64,000 nucleotides of DNA, taken from positions 3,663 to 67,662 of the IMG/VR virus record IMGVR_UViG_2974751360_000001; one strand, given 5' to 3'. The stretch comes from a virus (Duplodnaviria; Caudoviricetes). This document shows, piece by piece, positions 29,558 through 39,843 of this stretch (position 1 is its first letter; each line of letters begins with the position of its first letter). The translations under genes and the position numbers were made by a program. The notes under the pieces were generated by a model. The model had not been told where the DNA came from and made no database searches. It saw nothing but the letters and a program-made list of their open reading frames with translations.

Positions 29558-32116
29558 GTGACCGACGTCCTCGACCTCAATCGGCACACCCCGGCGGAAC
29601 TCCTCCTCGCGGGCAAACAGCTCGCGGTCAAGAGGGACATCTGGGACCCGAAGAGCGTCGGTGAGATCGTCGCGAAGATCCTCGACATGTTCGGGCTCGA
29701 CATCCCGAACTGGGAAGACGCACTTGCCAATTGGGAGGCCCTGAAGGATGCCTTCGAGGGCAGCTACACCGGCGACGACTTCGCGCTTAACGCGATCCAG
29801 AACGTCGTCGGCACCCTGCGACGTCTCGCGACCGGACTGATCAACCCGGGACGGCTGCCGCTGATCCCCTTCAGCCACATCGGCGAGGCCTACCCGAACC
29901 TGCTAGAGAACGGTGGGTTCGAGAGCGCCGACTCCCTCGACGGCCAGGACATCTGGACCTGGGACGGCGCCGAGGGACGCACGGCTCCCGGCGCCGCGCG
30001 CACCACTGGTGACGGAAATCGAAAGGTGTTGCTGTCCAACAGCGTTCCCGCCACCGCCGAGCAGAAGTTCCAGATCTCGGGCTGGGTGAAGTGGACCGGC
30101 CTGACCGGCGGGGCCAATGCACTGCGGGTCTCGGTCATCCCCTACATCGGCGACACGGCACAGGCCGAGGTCCCCATCGCCGCGCGCAACTCGCCGTCGG
30201 CCAGCTCGGGGTGGACCGAACTCACCGGCACGTACGAGGTGCCGACCGGCGTCGACAGCATCCGGCTCCAGGTCGAGGTCGGGGCCACCACCACTGCGGG
30301 CACCGTGTGGTGGGACGACATGCGGATCTCGAAGTACGGCAGCCTGCCCCAGCGCTTCATCGGCGGGCTCGTCGACGCGCTCGGCGATCTCGGCGAGGGC
30401 ATCGTTGCGGTCGTCAACAACGTCGGCGAGTTCTTCGACAAGATCACCGGCCGGATCGGCTCCACCGTCAGTGACATCCAGGAGTGGATCTCTCAGCTCG
30501 GCACGATCCTCGGCGGCGGCACCGTCGGCGCAGGCCTCCTCCCGACCCTGTCGAACGGTCTCCGCGGCGTCGTCGGGGGAATCCAGGACTTCGCGCAGAA
30601 CATCCTCGACGCCATCATCCGCGCGATCCGCGGTGTTCCCTTCGTCGGAGGCTCCCTGGCGAACCTCATCGAAGAGGTCACCGGCCTGCGCACCACGGCC
30701 GACGTCGCCAGCGCGACCGCTCTCACCGCGGACCTGAAGGCCGAAGATCTCGCGGCCAACGTGCGCGACGGTGCCGAGAACACCGGCACAGCCGCCGGGA
30801 CCGGGCCGATCGCACAGGCGTTCGAGGCTGTCCGAGGGCTTCGTCGCCGGGCCGACGAGGCACAGGAAGCGGCGGTCGTCGCGCAGCAGCAGCTCCAGGA
30901 ACTCCTGGCCTCCAACGAGGCGGGGGCATCCGGCGGTCGTAGCGGCACCGACACCATCAACCGGCCGGACTCGAATACCCTTGGTCCGCTATGGATCTCG
31001 AACAACATCGGAGGGGGCCAGCTCTCGATCGTCAACAACGCGATCGAGCTGACCTATTCCGACGTCTCCCAACCCGCTCGTGGATACGCGCTCTGGGACG
31101 GCGAGGCCCCGGTCAGCGACTACTTCGCGAACACCATCGTGCTGAAGAGTGGGTTCTCCAGCTCGTTCGGCGGCGGCGACCCCTACCTCTACCTGCTCAA
31201 CCGATGGGACGGACTCTGGGTCGGAAACAGCGCGAGCAACCTCATGCCGAACAACGCGATCATGACCCGGATCTCGCGCTCCGGTGGGCTCGCGGTGTAC
31301 ATCGTCCTCAACGGCGTGCCTGGCAACCCGGTCGCCACTTCCGACGTCGAGGACCCGCGCGCCGGTGACGTGATCCAGTTCCGTCCCGGGTCGCTGGCGA
31401 ACGAGCGACAGTTCTCCCTGCTCTACAACGGCCGAACCGTCGCCGGACACACCGACAACGCCGACCTGTCGAAGATGGGGCCGACTTTCCGGCGGCACGG
31501 CGTGGCGATGTACGGCGAGGGGGTTCCCTTCGTCGGTTGGAAGCGGCCATCACCGATCTCCAGCTACTCCTGGTCGGACATCCCCGGCGGCGGGATCGTG
31601 CTCGGCAACGCCTTCCGATACTCGCGCGTCGCCGCGGCCTCGGTCAACCAGGCGCTCAACGCCCGTATTCCGGCGAACTTCTTTGACACACAAGTGATGT
31701 CGGAGGACATCAAGCCCCCGGCTGGAACGACCTACGACTACGCCCGTGGTGAGTTCGTCGTGACGAAGGAAGGGTGGTGGCAGTTCGACCTGATGTACAC
31801 CGGAACCACCGCGGTCATTGGCTCCTCGTCCTCCTCCCCCATGCGACCGGTCCTCTTCTACGGCCAAGGGGCCGTGGGTACTTCGTCCGTCCCGATGTCG
31901 ACCGAGCGATTCACCAACCCGAACCAGGACGACCCCGACACCTTCGGTGACCAGGGGAAGACCGCGATCTCCATCACCGCAGTGCTCGGCACCGTCATGA
32001 GATACTGCACTGTCGGCGAGCGCGTTGCCCCCGGATGGGGAGCAACCAGTCCAGCCAGCCTCGTCGGCGTTGCCGATGGATACGGAATGTCGTTCTCCGG
32101 ACGACTATTGAGCTAG
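29558..32116 (+). CDS. minor tail protein / receptor-binding with carbohydrate-binding-like module
   Basis: NLLENGGFES...SGWTELTGTYEVP...VWWDD; coiled coil; beta C-terminus. Confidence 0.78.
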   Translation: MTDVLDLNRHTPAELLLAGKQLAVKRDIWDPKSVGEIVAKILDMFGLDIPNWEDALANWEALKDAFEGSYTGDDFALNAIQNVVGTLRRLATGLINPGRLPLIPFSHIGEAYPNLLENGGFESADSLDGQDIWTWDGAEGRTAPGAARTTGDGNRKVLLSNSVPATAEQKFQISGWVKWTGLTGGANALRVSVIPYIGDTAQAEVPIAARNSPSASSGWTELTGTYEVPTGVDSIRLQVEVGATTTAGTVWWDDMRISKYGSLPQRFIGGLVDALGDLGEGIVAVVNNVGEFFDKITGRIGSTVSDIQEWISQLGTILGGGTVGAGLLPTLSNGLRGVVGGIQDFAQNILDAIIRAIRGVPFVGGSLANLIEEVTGLRTTADVASATALTADLKAEDLAANVRDGAENTGTAAGTGPIAQAFEAVRGLRRRADEAQEAAVVAQQQLQELLASNEAGASGGRSGTDTINRPDSNTLGPLWISNNIGGGQLSIVNNAIELTYSDVSQPARGYALWDGEAPVSDYFANTIVLKSGFSSSFGGGDPYLYLLNRWDGLWVGNSASNLMPNNAIMTRISRSGGLAVYIVLNGVPGNPVATSDVEDPRAGDVIQFRPGSLANERQFSLLYNGRTVAGHTDNADLSKMGPTFRRHGVAMYGEGVPFVGWKRPSPISSYSWSDIPGGGIVLGNAFRYSRVAAASVNQALNARIPANFFDTQVMSEDIKPPAGTTYDYARGEFVVTKEGWWQFDLMYTGTTAVIGSSSSSPMRPVLFYGQGAVGTSSVPMSTERFTNPNQDDPDTFGDQGKTAISITAVLGTVMRYCTVGERVAPGWGATSPASLVGVADGYGMSFSGRLLS

Positions 32117-32124
32117 GGGAGACC

Positions 32125-32289
32125 ATGTCGGAAACCGTTCACGCACAGTTCGATTCGCTGCCTGGTGTCGACGTCGTGCTCACCCGAGGACACGATGAGT
32201 TCGGCCCGGACTTCATCTCGGTTGAGTGCTACCGCGACGGCGAGATCATCCGTGGCGCCAACGGCGGGTTTAGCGGACCCGGGGCCTGA
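32125..32289 (+). CDS. small hypothetical tail-region protein
   Basis: GGGAG RBS; MSETVHAQFDSLPGVDV... Confidence 0.55.
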   Translation: MSETVHAQFDSLPGVDVVLTRGHDEFGPDFISVECYRDGEIIRGANGGFSGPGA

Positions 32290-33344
32290 TGTGGTCCCCT
32301 GACCCGGCGCCGGACGCCCCGGTCCACCCCGGCCTCGGTTGGTCGCCGACGGGTCCGGTCATCGAGCAGGACTCCGAGCTGGGATGGTGGGTCAAGCTCC
32401 AGCTCCTCGCGGTCGCGGAGGGGTACGGCGAGTTCTCGGCAGCCCTCGCGGCACATCTGCGAGCCACTGCGGAGGCAACCGGGTCGTTCCCGGCTGCCGC
32501 GGTGGTCCGACTCCTCGCGACGATCACCGGCACCGGGATCTTCCAGGCGACGGCCGCGGCGCACCTCACCGGGCAGTTCACTGGTCTCGGAGAGTTCGCG
32601 GCGCGGCTTGCCCTTCCTGCCAGCGCGAGCTTCACCGGCACGGGATCGTTCCAGGCCTCGGCGACAGCTCACCTCCTGGCGTCGATGGAAGGCCTCGGGT
32701 CGTCCACAGCGAGCCAGCTTGCACACCTCCTCGCCAGCTTCACGGGCACCGGTTCCTTCTCCGCGTCGGCCGCGTACAGCCCCGTCGCGCCGACCACCAC
32801 GACGATCACCACCGTCGGCGCTTTCACCTACCCGATCCCGGGGTGGAGCATCTTCATCGACGTCATCGGTCTCGGCGGCGGTCGAGGCGGCCAGACCGGA
32901 TCCGGCGCGAACAGTCAACCCGGGTCCGGAGGCCTCCCCGGAGAGTGGGCCGGGATCACCCTCCAGCGGGGCGTGGACATCCCCTGGACCGAGTCGCAAT
33001 TCACCGGCGTCGTCGGGGCTGGCGGCGCCGGGGGAGCGAACTCGGGCAACGCCGCGGGGCAACCAGGCGGAAACACGACGATCACCGCGTCGGTCGGCAC
33101 CCTCACCGCGGCCGGAGGGACCGGCGTCAACAGCGGATCAACGAGACGGGACGGCCCCGGACCAGGCAACTACACTTACCTCGGCACCGAGTACGTCGGC
33201 GGCGCGCTGTCCGACGGCAGCGGGCTCCCGGGGAACCCACCCGGCGGCGGCGGATCAGGTGGCAACGGCGGCATCTTCGGCAACAGGACCCGCGGCGGCG
33301 CGGGAGCGAGGGGACAGGTGTGGTTCAGAGCACGACAGTCGTGA
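32289..33344 (+). CDS. glycine-rich minor tail protein
   Basis: Repeated A.FTGTG.F units and Gly-rich C-terminus (GGGGSGG...GARGQVW). Confidence 0.75.
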   Translation: MWSPDPAPDAPVHPGLGWSPTGPVIEQDSELGWWVKLQLLAVAEGYGEFSAALAAHLRATAEATGSFPAAAVVRLLATITGTGIFQATAAAHLTGQFTGLGEFAARLALPASASFTGTGSFQASATAHLLASMEGLGSSTASQLAHLLASFTGTGSFSASAAYSPVAPTTTTITTVGAFTYPIPGWSIFIDVIGLGGGRGGQTGSGANSQPGSGGLPGEWAGITLQRGVDIPWTESQFTGVVGAGGAGGANSGNAAGQPGGNTTITASVGTLTAAGGTGVNSGSTRRDGPGPGNYTYLGTEYVGGALSDGSGLPGNPPGGGGSGGNGGIFGNRTRGGAGARGQVWFRARQS

Positions 33345-33619
33345 CGTTCGAGACCGAGCTGTGGATCGAGTTCGGCAGCTACGCGCTCATGCCGGTCGAC
33401 ACCGAGATCCTCTACAGCTCGATCGAGGACCGATTCATCGTCGCGGCGTGCGCCACCACCTACGACTACGGGCCCTTCTCCGACGGGTACGCCCCCGCCT
33501 TCGAGTTCGAAGGCCTTCGGATCTCGGCCAGTCTCTTCGGCGAGATCGACTCAGCCGTCGTCACCTGTATCAGCTCACCCAGCGGGGACGGCTCCCGCAT
33601 CACCACGATCAAGGAGTAG
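33341..33619 (+). CDS. hypothetical protein
   Basis: GTGA overlap; MTFETELWIEFGSY... Confidence 0.6.
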   Translation: MTFETELWIEFGSYALMPVDTEILYSSIEDRFIVAACATTYDYGPFSDGYAPAFEFEGLRISASLFGEIDSAVVTCISSPSGDGSRITTIKE

Positions 33620-33625
33620 ACCATC

Positions 33626-33967
33626 ATGGCCGCAACGAACGCCGACAAGATCGCGATCGCCGAGTACATCGCCAGCCGCGGGAACAAGATCACTCCGCAT
33701 AGCGGCGACCCCGGAACGACTGGCGCGAACCGGATCGGGACCCTGGAGGGCAACACCCCCTGGGGGTCCGGCGCGATGGATGGATCTGTCGCACAGGTCG
33801 TCGGCGGCGCGGTCCCCTTCACAATCCCCGGCAGCACCAACGTGACGCACTACGGGATCTGGAACGGGACGACCTTCCTCCGCGGATACCCGCTGGACAA
33901 CCCCGTCACGATCGGCGCGTCGGCCACCTCGGTCGACATCACCCCGAAGATTCGGTACACGAGCTGA
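33626..33967 (+). CDS. minor tail protein
   Basis: HSGDPGTTGAN...VTHYGIW motif of small tail-fibre-associated proteins. Confidence 0.65.
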   Translation: MAATNADKIAIAEYIASRGNKITPHSGDPGTTGANRIGTLEGNTPWGSGAMDGSVAQVVGGAVPFTIPGSTNVTHYGIWNGTTFLRGYPLDNPVTIGASATSVDITPKIRYTS

Positions 33968-34023
33968 GTTTCGACGGGCTTTCTCGCCCGGTGCTACCGT
34001 CGGGTCACCGGGAAGGGGAGAAG

Positions 34024-34656
34024 ATGGCTGCTGGCGACGTCGTACTGAAGTTCGACCATGTGATCATCCCGCAAGAGACGTACTACTGGTGCGGCCCTGC
34101 GACGATGCAGGTTCTCCTGTCGATCCGCGGGATCAAGGTCACCGAGAAGTACATGGCCGACCAGCTCGGAACCACTGTCAACGGCACCGACACCATCCTG
34201 TACCTCACGCGAGAGCTGAACGAGCGACTCGGCGACATCTATCGAACCGTGCAGGTCCCGGGAGCCGGAAACCTCGACCAGTTCCGCAAGCACGTCTTCC
34301 ACTCGATCGACGCCGGATACGGGGTCGGTGGCAACATCATGGTGCCTCCGGCCAACTACCCTCGGCCACAGCGAGGGGAGCGCGCACAGTACGGCGGGGG
34401 ATGGATCTACCACTACTGGTCCATCGTCGCGAAGAACGAACGGCTCGACCAGATGGCGATCGCCGACAGCGGGTTCCCGGATTACTTCTACTGGGTCACT
34501 AGCGAGCAGGCGCTCTCGATGATCTCCGGAAAGGGCTACACCTGGGCCGCGAATGCCAAGGTCGCCGACGACTTCCTCGGCGCACTGTCCGAGGCCGACC
34601 AGCTCCGCGTGCTCGCTGCCGCGATGCAGGTCGGCGAACCCCACCGAGGAGCATGA
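34024..34656 (+). CDS. lysA: lysin A, peptidase C39-like half
   Basis: QETYYWCGPA catalytic Cys; HY; IADSG. Confidence 0.85.
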   Translation: MAAGDVVLKFDHVIIPQETYYWCGPATMQVLLSIRGIKVTEKYMADQLGTTVNGTDTILYLTRELNERLGDIYRTVQVPGAGNLDQFRKHVFHSIDAGYGVGGNIMVPPANYPRPQRGERAQYGGGWIYHYWSIVAKNERLDQMAIADSGFPDYFYWVTSEQALSMISGKGYTWAANAKVADDFLGALSEADQLRVLAAAMQVGEPHRGA

Positions 34657-35678
34657 TGGACGCCGCCACACTGCGCCAGGCGCTCATGCCGACAACTAAG
34701 TCGGCCGAGTCGCTGGCCCCTCTCGTCTCCTTCGTGGAGAGCGCGATGGAGATCGCCGAGATCAACACCGTCCGACGCGCCGCGGCGTGGTTCGCCACGA
34801 TCGGCGAGGAGACCGGCGGGTTCGCGAACTTCGTCGAGCTGTGGGGCCCGACCGCGCAGCAACGTGGGTACGAGGGCCGGGCTGATCTCGGGAACACCGT
34901 GTCCGGGGACGGTTACCGGTTCCGCGGCCGAGGGGCCATCCAGCTCACCGGCCGGAACAACTACCGCGAGTTCGGAAAGTGGTGTGTCGCACGAGGTCTG
35001 GTCGATGACCCCGAGCACTTCACGAAAAACCCGGACCTCGTCGCAACGCCGCGGTGGGGGTTCCTCGCGGCGGCAAAGTACTGGTCGACGACCTCGCGCA
35101 AGGGGAAGACGATCAACCAGTGGGCCGACGCCGGGGACATCCTGGCCGTCAGCCGATGTGTCAACGGCTGGGTCGACGGGGTAATGCCCTGGGGATGGCC
35201 CGGGCGACAATCGCGTTACAACACGTGTCTCGCGCTCGGCGAGGCGATCCTACCGGGAGGTTTACTCATGGCACTCGACGCACAGGCACAGGGGAAGATC
35301 CTCGGCGCCGCGATTCAGACCGGCGAAGCCCAGGTCACCGACCTGGAGAAGGGTGTGATCGGCCCACGGCCGCAGCGCAACACCCAGTACTACAACGTCG
35401 ACGGCAACCCGTCGTTGGCGCAGAAGGGGCTGAAGCTCGCCTACCTGCGCGCGATGGTCATGGACCTGTGGAACGAGCTGGTCTACGACGGCTACGTGGC
35501 CGACGTCCCGGACCCCGCGCTCGACAGCCAGCGCTACGGCTCGCCGGTGCGATTCATCACCGCGATCCACAAGAACGTGCGGCAGAGCTTCCTGCTCATC
35601 CGCGCCATCGCCGAGAAGGTCGGCGTCGACACCAAGGCCGTGCTCGAACCGGCCCCCATCATCGAGGAGAAGAAGTGA
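34653..35678 (+). CDS. lysA: lysin A, GH19 glycoside hydrolase half plus C-terminal domain
   Basis: ATIGEETGG, YEGRADLGNT..GDGYRFRGRGAIQLTGRNNY. Confidence 0.88.
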   Translation: MMDAATLRQALMPTTKSAESLAPLVSFVESAMEIAEINTVRRAAAWFATIGEETGGFANFVELWGPTAQQRGYEGRADLGNTVSGDGYRFRGRGAIQLTGRNNYREFGKWCVARGLVDDPEHFTKNPDLVATPRWGFLAAAKYWSTTSRKGKTINQWADAGDILAVSRCVNGWVDGVMPWGWPGRQSRYNTCLALGEAILPGGLLMALDAQAQGKILGAAIQTGEAQVTDLEKGVIGPRPQRNTQYYNVDGNPSLAQKGLKLAYLRAMVMDLWNELVYDGYVADVPDPALDSQRYGSPVRFITAIHKNVRQSFLLIRAIAEKVGVDTKAVLEPAPIIEEKK

Positions 35679-35983
35679 CTCTGCCCAGCGTTCCCCCGGT
35701 CCCTGCCAGCGAGGTCGTCGACCAGCTCCGCGCAGATCTGCACGCGCAGCCGTGGTTCAAGCGGTTCTCGAACACCGTGACCACCGCCTTCGGCGGGCTC
35801 GCGCTCGTCATCTGGCTGCTGGCCTCGAACGGCTACGAGCTGTCCGGCACTATCCAGACGGCGATCGGCTCGGTCGTCGTGCTGGCGACCGTCCTCGGCG
35901 TCCTCCAGACCCCCAACGGGATCACCCCGAAGGGTGTCGAGAAGGTGGAGCGCGCCGCCGAAGAGGTCAACGCGAAGTTCTGA
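35675..35983 (+). CDS. holin
   Basis: 2 TM segments; QPWFKRFSNTVT and TPNGIT motifs; follows lysin. Confidence 0.72.
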   Translation: MTLPSVPPVPASEVVDQLRADLHAQPWFKRFSNTVTTAFGGLALVIWLLASNGYELSGTIQTAIGSVVVLATVLGVLQTPNGITPKGVEKVERAAEEVNAKF

Positions 35984-36492
35984 TGCTGCGCAAGCTGCTG
36001 GAGAAGCTGCCCCGGCTGGGGGACTGGACGCCGACCGTCCCGTTCCCCCTCCGGGCGGTCATCCTTGCGCTCTGGGCCCTGGAGCCGATCTCGCGGGGCC
36101 TGGACTACATCACCGGCGAGACCAACCCCACCGCGACGCTCTCAAAAGTCGAGGCGGCGTTCCCTCTATGGTTCTGGGGGCTGCTCTGCCTGTCCTCGGG
36201 CATCCTGATCCTGCTCGGCTTTGCAGGGCGTTGGCGCCGAGTGTCGATCATCGGCCTCTACTTCGCGGGTGCTGCCTACATCGCGCTCGCCTGCGGATTC
36301 ACTGCTGCGGTGTACGAGCGCGGAGGAGACGGATTCCGGACACCGATCACGTTCTTCGTGCTCGGGTTCACCTACTGGGCCGCGGCTCTCGGATACGCGA
36401 TCAACCAGCAGCCCCGGCTTATCGTTGTCGATGACGATGACGATCCCGACGTGAAGGTGTCCGATGGAAGTCCCACTGCCCACCAGCGATAA
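35983..36492 (+). CDS. membrane protein (4 TM), lysis cassette
   Basis: Multiple hydrophobic helices; TGATG overlap. Confidence 0.7.
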   Translation: MLRKLLEKLPRLGDWTPTVPFPLRAVILALWALEPISRGLDYITGETNPTATLSKVEAAFPLWFWGLLCLSSGILILLGFAGRWRRVSIIGLYFAGAAYIALACGFTAAVYERGGDGFRTPITFFVLGFTYWAAALGYAINQQPRLIVVDDDDDPDVKVSDGSPTAHQR

Positions 36493-36892
36493 CTTCTGGC
36501 TGACCCTACTCGTCTTCATCCTGTTCGGGTCCCCCGCTCTCTTCAGCAAGGCCGCGGCGAAGCTCCCCGGCATCTTCGGCGCAGCCGGACGGTGGTGGCA
36601 AGGTCGCTCAACGGCCAGCCGAAATACCTCCCGTGTGATCACCGCGACCAACCTCGATCGCATCATCGAAGAGCGGGTCAGCGAGAAGATCGGCCACGTC
36701 GAGAAAGAACTCGACGAACTGCGTGAGGACGTCGACGACTACGCGGAGTATCTGACCTACGACGCCGGATGGCACCGCGAGATCAACATCTATGCAGCTC
36801 AGGAGGGCTTCGCCTTCCCTCCCCCGCTCCACATGACGTTCACCCAGTGGCAGGAGCGCAAGCGGGCCCTGCGTGCCGGGATCACTCCTTGA
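36464..36892 (+). CDS. membrane-anchored coiled-coil protein, lysis cassette
   Basis: N-terminal TM followed by coiled coil. Confidence 0.7.
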   Translation: MEVPLPTSDNFWLTLLVFILFGSPALFSKAAAKLPGIFGAAGRWWQGRSTASRNTSRVITATNLDRIIEERVSEKIGHVEKELDELREDVDDYAEYLTYDAGWHREINIYAAQEGFAFPPPLHMTFTQWQERKRALRAGITP

Positions 36893-39452
36893 CGATCGAG
36901 AGCCCCTTGTAGATGTAGACCGAGGTGGTCTTCCCGGCCCGGCGCAGGCTGGCCTGCTTGGGTACGAATCCCTGGTCCCGCATTCGCGCGCCGAACTCGC
37001 GCTTGCTCAGGCTCTCTTTGACCTGCTCGCGGACGGTCCACTGGTGGTAGAGCTCGAACAGGACCGAGGTCACGACCTTGCCCTTCTCGTCCTCCTTCGT
37101 CATCTCCGCGAGGAATGTCTGGAACGCGCTCGTCCCGGCGATGAACGTCTTCTGTCGGACCTGCACCGCGGCGGGCATGTTCTCTTCGAGGCCCTCCATC
37201 AGGTAGTCGAGCAGGCCTTCGACGAGCCACGCGAGCACCGCGCGCAACGCCTCGGGGTCGTTCTTAATCGGCTCCGGCTCCACCCTGCCCGGAGGGACTT
37301 GATGGTCGAAAGGGAGAACGAGCAGACGCCGCCAGAGCGCCGCGTCGCCGTCCTCGATCGTCGGCATGGAGTTCGTCGCGACGATCGGGGTGAACATCGG
37401 GGTCCGCTGCACCATGACGTTGCTGTAGAGCGCGCGAGCGGTCACCGAGTCACCGCCGGTGAGGCGCTTGATCATGTCGGAGTGCAGCCGGTTGCGCTGG
37501 CCGATCTCGGAGGCGAACACCGCGCGCCGCGGGAACGCACTGATCACCTCGGGCATGGGACCGGCGTCGCGCCGCTGGCGGAACATGCTGTTCATGTCGA
37601 TCGCGCCGCCATAGTCTCCGAGCGCGGCCTGGACCGCTTCGAGGATCGTGGTCTTGCCGGTCGACGTTCCGCCCTGGATGAAGATGATGCGGCGTTGCGG
37701 GTTGCCTCCCATGAAGGCGTAGCCGAAGACCTTGCGGACGTACCGGCGGTACTTCCGGTCGGGGAGGAACGTGTCGAGGTAGCTCTCCCACTTGGCATTT
37801 CGGTAGTGGGGCTCGTACGCCACGGGGGTGTGCTGGAGGATCAGATCCTCGGGCTTGCCCTTCCGGCACAGTGCATCGTAATCGGACACGATCCCGCCGG
37901 TGGCCTCGGCGTCGCGCAGGTCGAGCACGCCGTTGCCGACGCCCCAGGTCAGCGGGTTTGTGTCGAAGTCCGCGGGGTCGATCGCGTTCTTCGAGAGGAC
38001 GTGGGCCATCGACATCGAGTGCTCGATGATCGTGCGGTTGCCCGCCTTGGTCGCGCGCATCGCGTAGGCCTTCGCCTCCTTCAGCACGTCCTCGGCCTCG
38101 GAGCTTCCCTGCTCGGTGAGCGCGTCAGCCTGCACGAACAACCGGTCCGCGGTGGCGCGGAGGGAGGCCTGCACGGACTGAGACCAGAGCAGGCCGTAGG
38201 TCTCGGCCTTCGCCAGCTTCACCAGCCGACCGATCTCGTCGTCCCACCAGGCCCACTCGTCGGCGCCGGATCGGATGGGTCGGATCGCGTCGCCGAAGGC
38301 GTCGAGGAACATCATGGCGCGGCCCGAGTCGTTGTCCTCGTACTCCGTCGCGTCGACGATCGTGTTCCGGCGCTCGACCCACCGGCGCATCATCTTCTCG
38401 TGGAAGACCTCGAAGTCGATGTCACCGTCGTGCGCGGTGTATCCGCCGACGGTCGAGATCCGGATCATGTCGTTGGCGATGTCCGCGCGGAGGTTGGCGA
38501 CCTCCCCGCACAGCGAGCGCCGCCACTCCAGCTTCGCGCTGGTCAGGTCGCGCCGGGCCTCCCCGTCGTTGGCGCCGAGGGTCTCCTCGAAGAAGGCCTT
38601 GCGCACGCGGGTGATGCCGACCTTCAGTCCGTGGTGGCCTTCGGCCGCGAGCTGGACGATCTCGTGGAGCCGGGCGACCATCGTGTCGTGGGCACCGGCG
38701 CCCATCTCGTCGTCGAGCTTCTCGGGGTCGGTGGCGCGGTTCATCTGACCGGAAGGTTCCTCGGTGTACCCGGGGATGTTCTCTTCGAGCCACAGGAACG
38801 CCTCGTCGACGTCGTCGATCTTCTCGACCTCGCGCGCTGGTCCGGACTCGCCTTTCCACATCGCCTCGCGCCAGGCCTCCGGCAGCATCGGCAGGTCGGC
38901 CACGTCCGGAGGAGTGTCGCGAGGGATCTCGTCGGTGTCATACCACTGGTAGCACCGCGGAGGGTCGACCGGGCCTTTGTCCCAGGTCACCTGAGAGGGC
39001 CACGCTACGGCGTAGCGGTGGGTGTTCTGGATGATCTCGATGTCGGCGCCCGGCTTGCCGACCCACTTCTGCCCAGCGGGAACGAGGTAGAACCGGATGC
39101 CGGACGGGTTCTCGATCCCGCGCGCCGTCGAGCGCCAGGTCCGGGGAAGCGGGCCGTGCTCTTCGATCAGGCGTTCGAGTGTCTCGTTGCCGGTCTTGCT
39201 GTCGTACTGGTCGACGTCGATACCGATGACCTCGTAGGCCTTGCCATCCTCTTCGAGGATGAACCGCGGCATCCGCAGTCCGATATTCGACTCCGGCCGC
39301 TCCTCGATCCAGTTGACGACGGCGTTCTCGTCGGGGATCGGGTTGTTGCCGGTGGTGTCGTCCGGCGGTGTCGCCTTCAGCCCCTCCGGCAGCGGGAGTG
39401 GTGCCCATCCCTGTTCGAGGTACAGAGCGGCGTGGTCACCGAAGATGGTCAA
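36882..39452 (-). CDS. DNA primase/polymerase fused to SF3 (D5-like) helicase
   Basis: Prim-Pol N-terminus (GWAPLPL, NIGLR, IDVD); GGTSTGKTT Walker A; IKRLTGGD; TTG start with AGGAG. Confidence 0.87.
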   Translation of the reverse strand: MTIFGDHAALYLEQGWAPLPLPEGLKATPPDDTTGNNPIPDENAVVNWIEERPESNIGLRMPRFILEEDGKAYEVIGIDVDQYDSKTGNETLERLIEEHGPLPRTWRSTARGIENPSGIRFYLVPAGQKWVGKPGADIEIIQNTHRYAVAWPSQVTWDKGPVDPPRCYQWYDTDEIPRDTPPDVADLPMLPEAWREAMWKGESGPAREVEKIDDVDEAFLWLEENIPGYTEEPSGQMNRATDPEKLDDEMGAGAHDTMVARLHEIVQLAAEGHHGLKVGITRVRKAFFEETLGANDGEARRDLTSAKLEWRRSLCGEVANLRADIANDMIRISTVGGYTAHDGDIDFEVFHEKMMRRWVERRNTIVDATEYEDNDSGRAMMFLDAFGDAIRPIRSGADEWAWWDDEIGRLVKLAKAETYGLLWSQSVQASLRATADRLFVQADALTEQGSSEAEDVLKEAKAYAMRATKAGNRTIIEHSMSMAHVLSKNAIDPADFDTNPLTWGVGNGVLDLRDAEATGGIVSDYDALCRKGKPEDLILQHTPVAYEPHYRNAKWESYLDTFLPDRKYRRYVRKVFGYAFMGGNPQRRIIFIQGGTSTGKTTILEAVQAALGDYGGAIDMNSMFRQRRDAGPMPEVISAFPRRAVFASEIGQRNRLHSDMIKRLTGGDSVTARALYSNVMVQRTPMFTPIVATNSMPTIEDGDAALWRRLLVLPFDHQVPPGRVEPEPIKNDPEALRAVLAWLVEGLLDYLMEGLEENMPAAVQVRQKTFIAGTSAFQTFLAEMTKEDEKGKVVTSVLFELYHQWTVREQVKESLSKREFGARMRDQGFVPKQASLRRAGKTTSVYIYKGLSIVKE

Positions 39453-39462
39453 CTGGGGTCTC

Positions 39463-39843
39463 CTACGTCTGCTGCACGGTGAGCAGGATCGCGTCGGCGT
39501 CGTTGAAATGGACACCGCATCCGGGGCAAAGGAAGGGGTAGTTCAGGTAGTGCCGGAAGTATTCGAGGTGGGGCTCGCAAAGCATGAGTCGACTCACGAG
39601 CAGCCCGTTGTCGAAGACGTACCCCTCGATGTCTGGGATCTTTCGGGGGTCAGACCAGCAGGGGCACAGTCGGATTGTAACGAGTTTGCGGGAGAGATTC
39701 TGGCAGCCGCCACGATGTGTCTCGCGCTCAGGAATGCCCGCGGGGAGAATCTCTCCGACCACATTCCAGCGAGTGCGGTGGACGTCGCAGGGGACACCTT
39801 CAGGCTGGAAGTCCAGGTTCTTTAGGGTCTGCTCGATGTCCAC
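39463..39843 (-). CDS. Cys-rich hypothetical protein
   Basis: Multiple Cys/His pairs (CDVH, CPC, CEPH, CPGC); start approximate. Confidence 0.6.
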   Translation of the reverse strand: MDIEQTLKNLDFQPEGVPCDVHRTRWNVVGEILPAGIPERETHRGGCQNLSRKLVTIRLCPCWSDPRKIPDIEGYVFDNGLLVSRLMLCEPHLEYFRHYLNYPFLCPGCGVHFNDADAILLTVQQT

